From the NCBI GenBank assembly GCA_029717555.1, contig JAMDHS010000024.1:62001-126000 (forward strand): a stretch of DNA of 64,000 bases. Direction: 5' to 3'. A program made the translations under genes and the position numbers. Source of the stretch: Peribolospora baueri (Eukaryota). Under the pieces are notes generated by a model. That model searched no databases. It was not told the DNA's origin and saw nothing but the letters and a program-made list of their open reading frames with translations. Position 1 is the stretch's first letter, and the number at the start of each line of letters is the position of its first letter. Of this stretch, positions 61,580 to 64,000 are shown one piece after another.

Positions 61580-64000
61580 TCATCGCTTCACCGGCGCGGT
61601 CGGAGCAGGAGCTGAAGACCCCTCCGATTCGAGGCCTTCGAGTGGGAGAGGATCGATGACGGCGACGAGCTTGTTGTGCATGCATACCGCAATCCGGTGC
61701 TGTCGCCATCTCGGCGGCGCTGAAGGTGGCGGGCGGACGAGCGCCTTTCCTTTGGTTTCCTCGTTAATTTCTACGTCTCCATCTGCCGACGTGCCGTTCG
61801 GCGGCGCTGACGCGGACGACGTTGGCTGGGCGTGCCAAAGCACTTCGTACACGCCATCGCCGCCATGGAACTCCTTGACGACCGCTCCATCCTGAGAACA
61901 AACAGAAGCGCAGAGAACGTACCCGACATGTCAGTGAAAGGCCTTCTCGCCTTGCTCAGCCGGCTGATACGGCCGACCACTTACCTCCAACCTCGTGATG
62001 TACGCGCTCTTGTCCCAGCCTCCGGAGCAGATGAACCGCGCGTCCGGAGAGAAGGAGAGTGAGAAGACGGTATCGGTATGAGCGGTGATGACATGCAGAC
62101 AAGTGCCTTCGTCCACGTTCCATATTCGAGCGGTCGAATCGTGCGATGTCCTGGAAGAAGATCAAGAGAGGCGAGGGTGAGCACACGAGACAGTCCTCAC
62201 CAAACGCGTTTGACGAAGACGGCCTCCGCACTGGAAAGATGAGACCGGCCGGTTACTCACGTCGCCAAGATGCGCGGGCCGCTCGGGTTGGCACTACCCG
62301 GCCCGCTAGGCGCCCAGTAACATCGCTGGATGGGGCCCTGATGTCCGGTGAGGGTGCGCTTGCAGAACCTGCCCCTGCCCTCGAGCTCTGCCATGCCGTC
62401 CTCTTCTTCATCCTCGCTCCCCACACCTGCACCTTCCGGACCAGCGCTCGCGCGAAGCTTGCCCAGTTCTCGTCTTCGTACGCCCTTCTCACCGCTCCCG
62501 CCCGCCAAGCCGAGCGAGTCGATGTTCCAAATCTTGATCGTGGCGTCGTCGCTCACGCTCGCGAGCAGCGTGCGCGTCAGATCAAAGCGGATAGCGTTCA
62601 CCTCATCCGTATGGCCCTTGAAAGTCCGCACTGGCATCTTGGAACCGACCCGGCAGAGGTGAACCACGTGATCCTCCGAGCATGTCGCGAAGATTTGGTC
62701 CTCGTCCGAGATAGACGATTGAGGGGGGTTGCCGTCCACGCTGACTAGCCAGTCGACGTCGAGCACGGGACCTTTGTGAATGTTGAACTGGTTCTTCAAC
62801 CTACCGTCGCTCGCGTCCCATACAATGGCCGCAGAGTCCCCAGAGCAGGAAAGGAGCATATTGCCTTGGCGGTTCCACCGCAAACCGTTTATCGTTCCCT
62901 GGTGCATCGACAGGACGTAGACAAGATCGCCCTCGGGTGTCCATATTCGGACGATACCGTCGTAGGACCCTGTGGCAAGAAGGCTGCCGGCAGGCTGTCA
63001 AATGAGCACAACAATGGAACGGTTAATCAGGAAAACTTTAGGTCGGTACTGAAACACGAGCTGCCTCCATGTGAGAACGCCACTCACGTTCCAATCCAAC
63101 GCGGTGACCTCCTTGCTCGACGCGGCAGGCATATGTCTTAGGACAGCTGGCTCATCCATGTCTTTTCGCTTATGTGCCGGTACGTTCCACACGCGCACCG
63201 TCGTATCGGCCGAACTGCAGAAGGGCGCGCATTATCAAGGAGGGAGGCGTAAACGTGAGCCGACGTCGTCGCGCCTCGCCTGGTCAGGGAAGAAGAAGAC
63301 TTACCCCGTCGCCAACATCCCTGGCACAGTCGAATTCCAAGCGCCGATTAATACACTGCCCGTATGTCCTGTCAGCCAGACGGCATCGTCCTTGGAGATC
63401 TGCGGCGCTCCACACCCTCGAATTCCCTCGGCTTCATCTGCCGCCACCGCGTCGGGACCCGCCTTCTTAGGACGTTCTCCTCGAGTGAAGGTTGAGCTGC
63501 TCAATGACGAGTTCGCCGCGCCGGACTGGGAAGAAGGTGCAGAGCCAGATGGCTGTTTCTTGTGGTGGGAAGCGGGTTTCTTGCTTCTCGACGAAGGCAA
63601 AGACGTAAGGGGGGACGCGCGCTGTTTGCCAGACTTGGTCTTTCCTGTCACACCCGCCAAGCCTGCCTCCTCCTCGTCCTCGCCTACAGAACCTTGGTCA
63701 TCGTCGCCAGCGGTGGACTCTTCCTTTGCTTGGTCCGCGTTGACCTTTTTGCCCTTGTCGTCCCGACTCTTTCTGCTTGCGGCTTCTCGATCACGATCTC
63801 GTTCCTTCTCCCGCGCTTTCGCACTTTTGCCCATGTGAGCCTCAGTCGAAAATGGCTGTCCCGAGTGGTCTGCCTTGCCAACCTTAGCGACAGCTCTGGA
63901 GGCAGATGCGTCGTCATCCAAGCCGTCCTCGGTCGGTGCGGTCGATGGCACCGAATCCCGATCCCGTTCTCGGGGTGTTTGTCGACGACGCCGTTTGTCT
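61580..64000 (-). CDS. TBL1/SIF2-like WD40 protein (5' end beyond right edge)
   Basis: WLTGHTGSVLIGAWN, KEVTALDWN, GSYDGIVRIW, HKGPVLDVDW, FKGHTDEVNAIRFD, HTDTVFSLSFSPD. Confidence 0.88.

Noticed and set aside
1..64000. CRISPR arrays, transposases, rRNA and prokaryotic systems
   Set aside because: I saw no repeat-spacer arrays or transposase, RT or rRNA motifs; the sequence is eukaryotic and spliced.

Overview
Gene-dense, GC-rich, intron-rich eukaryotic DNA, most likely a basidiomycete fungus (inferred from GTGAGT/GTACGC donors, CTGAC/CTAAC branch sites, frequent microexons and the protein sequences). Manual splicing supports about 22 protein-coding genes. In order they are: a secreted intradiol-dioxygenase-like protein (cut by the left edge), a microexon zinc-ribbon protein, an acyl-CoA synthetase, SRF1-like, PHB2, PTM1-like, mitochondrial aspartate aminotransferase, RPP2, RRB1, a small hypothetical, SLS1-like, AIM11/TMEM242-like, casein kinase I, an AT-hook protein, MND1, an AreB/ASD4-type GATA factor, RPS5, a 2OG-Fe(II) oxygenase, LIP5, CMC1, eIF3b, SPB1, a Zn2Cys6 factor and TBL1/SIF2 (cut by the right edge). 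I saw no tRNA, rRNA, transposase or CRISPR. The most unusual non-coding signals are a ~220-nt intergenic foldback at 42511-42730 that resembles a small-RNA precursor, and telomere-repeat boxes (TAACCCTAA) that I found only in the promoters of translation genes. All family assignments come from my recognition of motifs, not from database searches.
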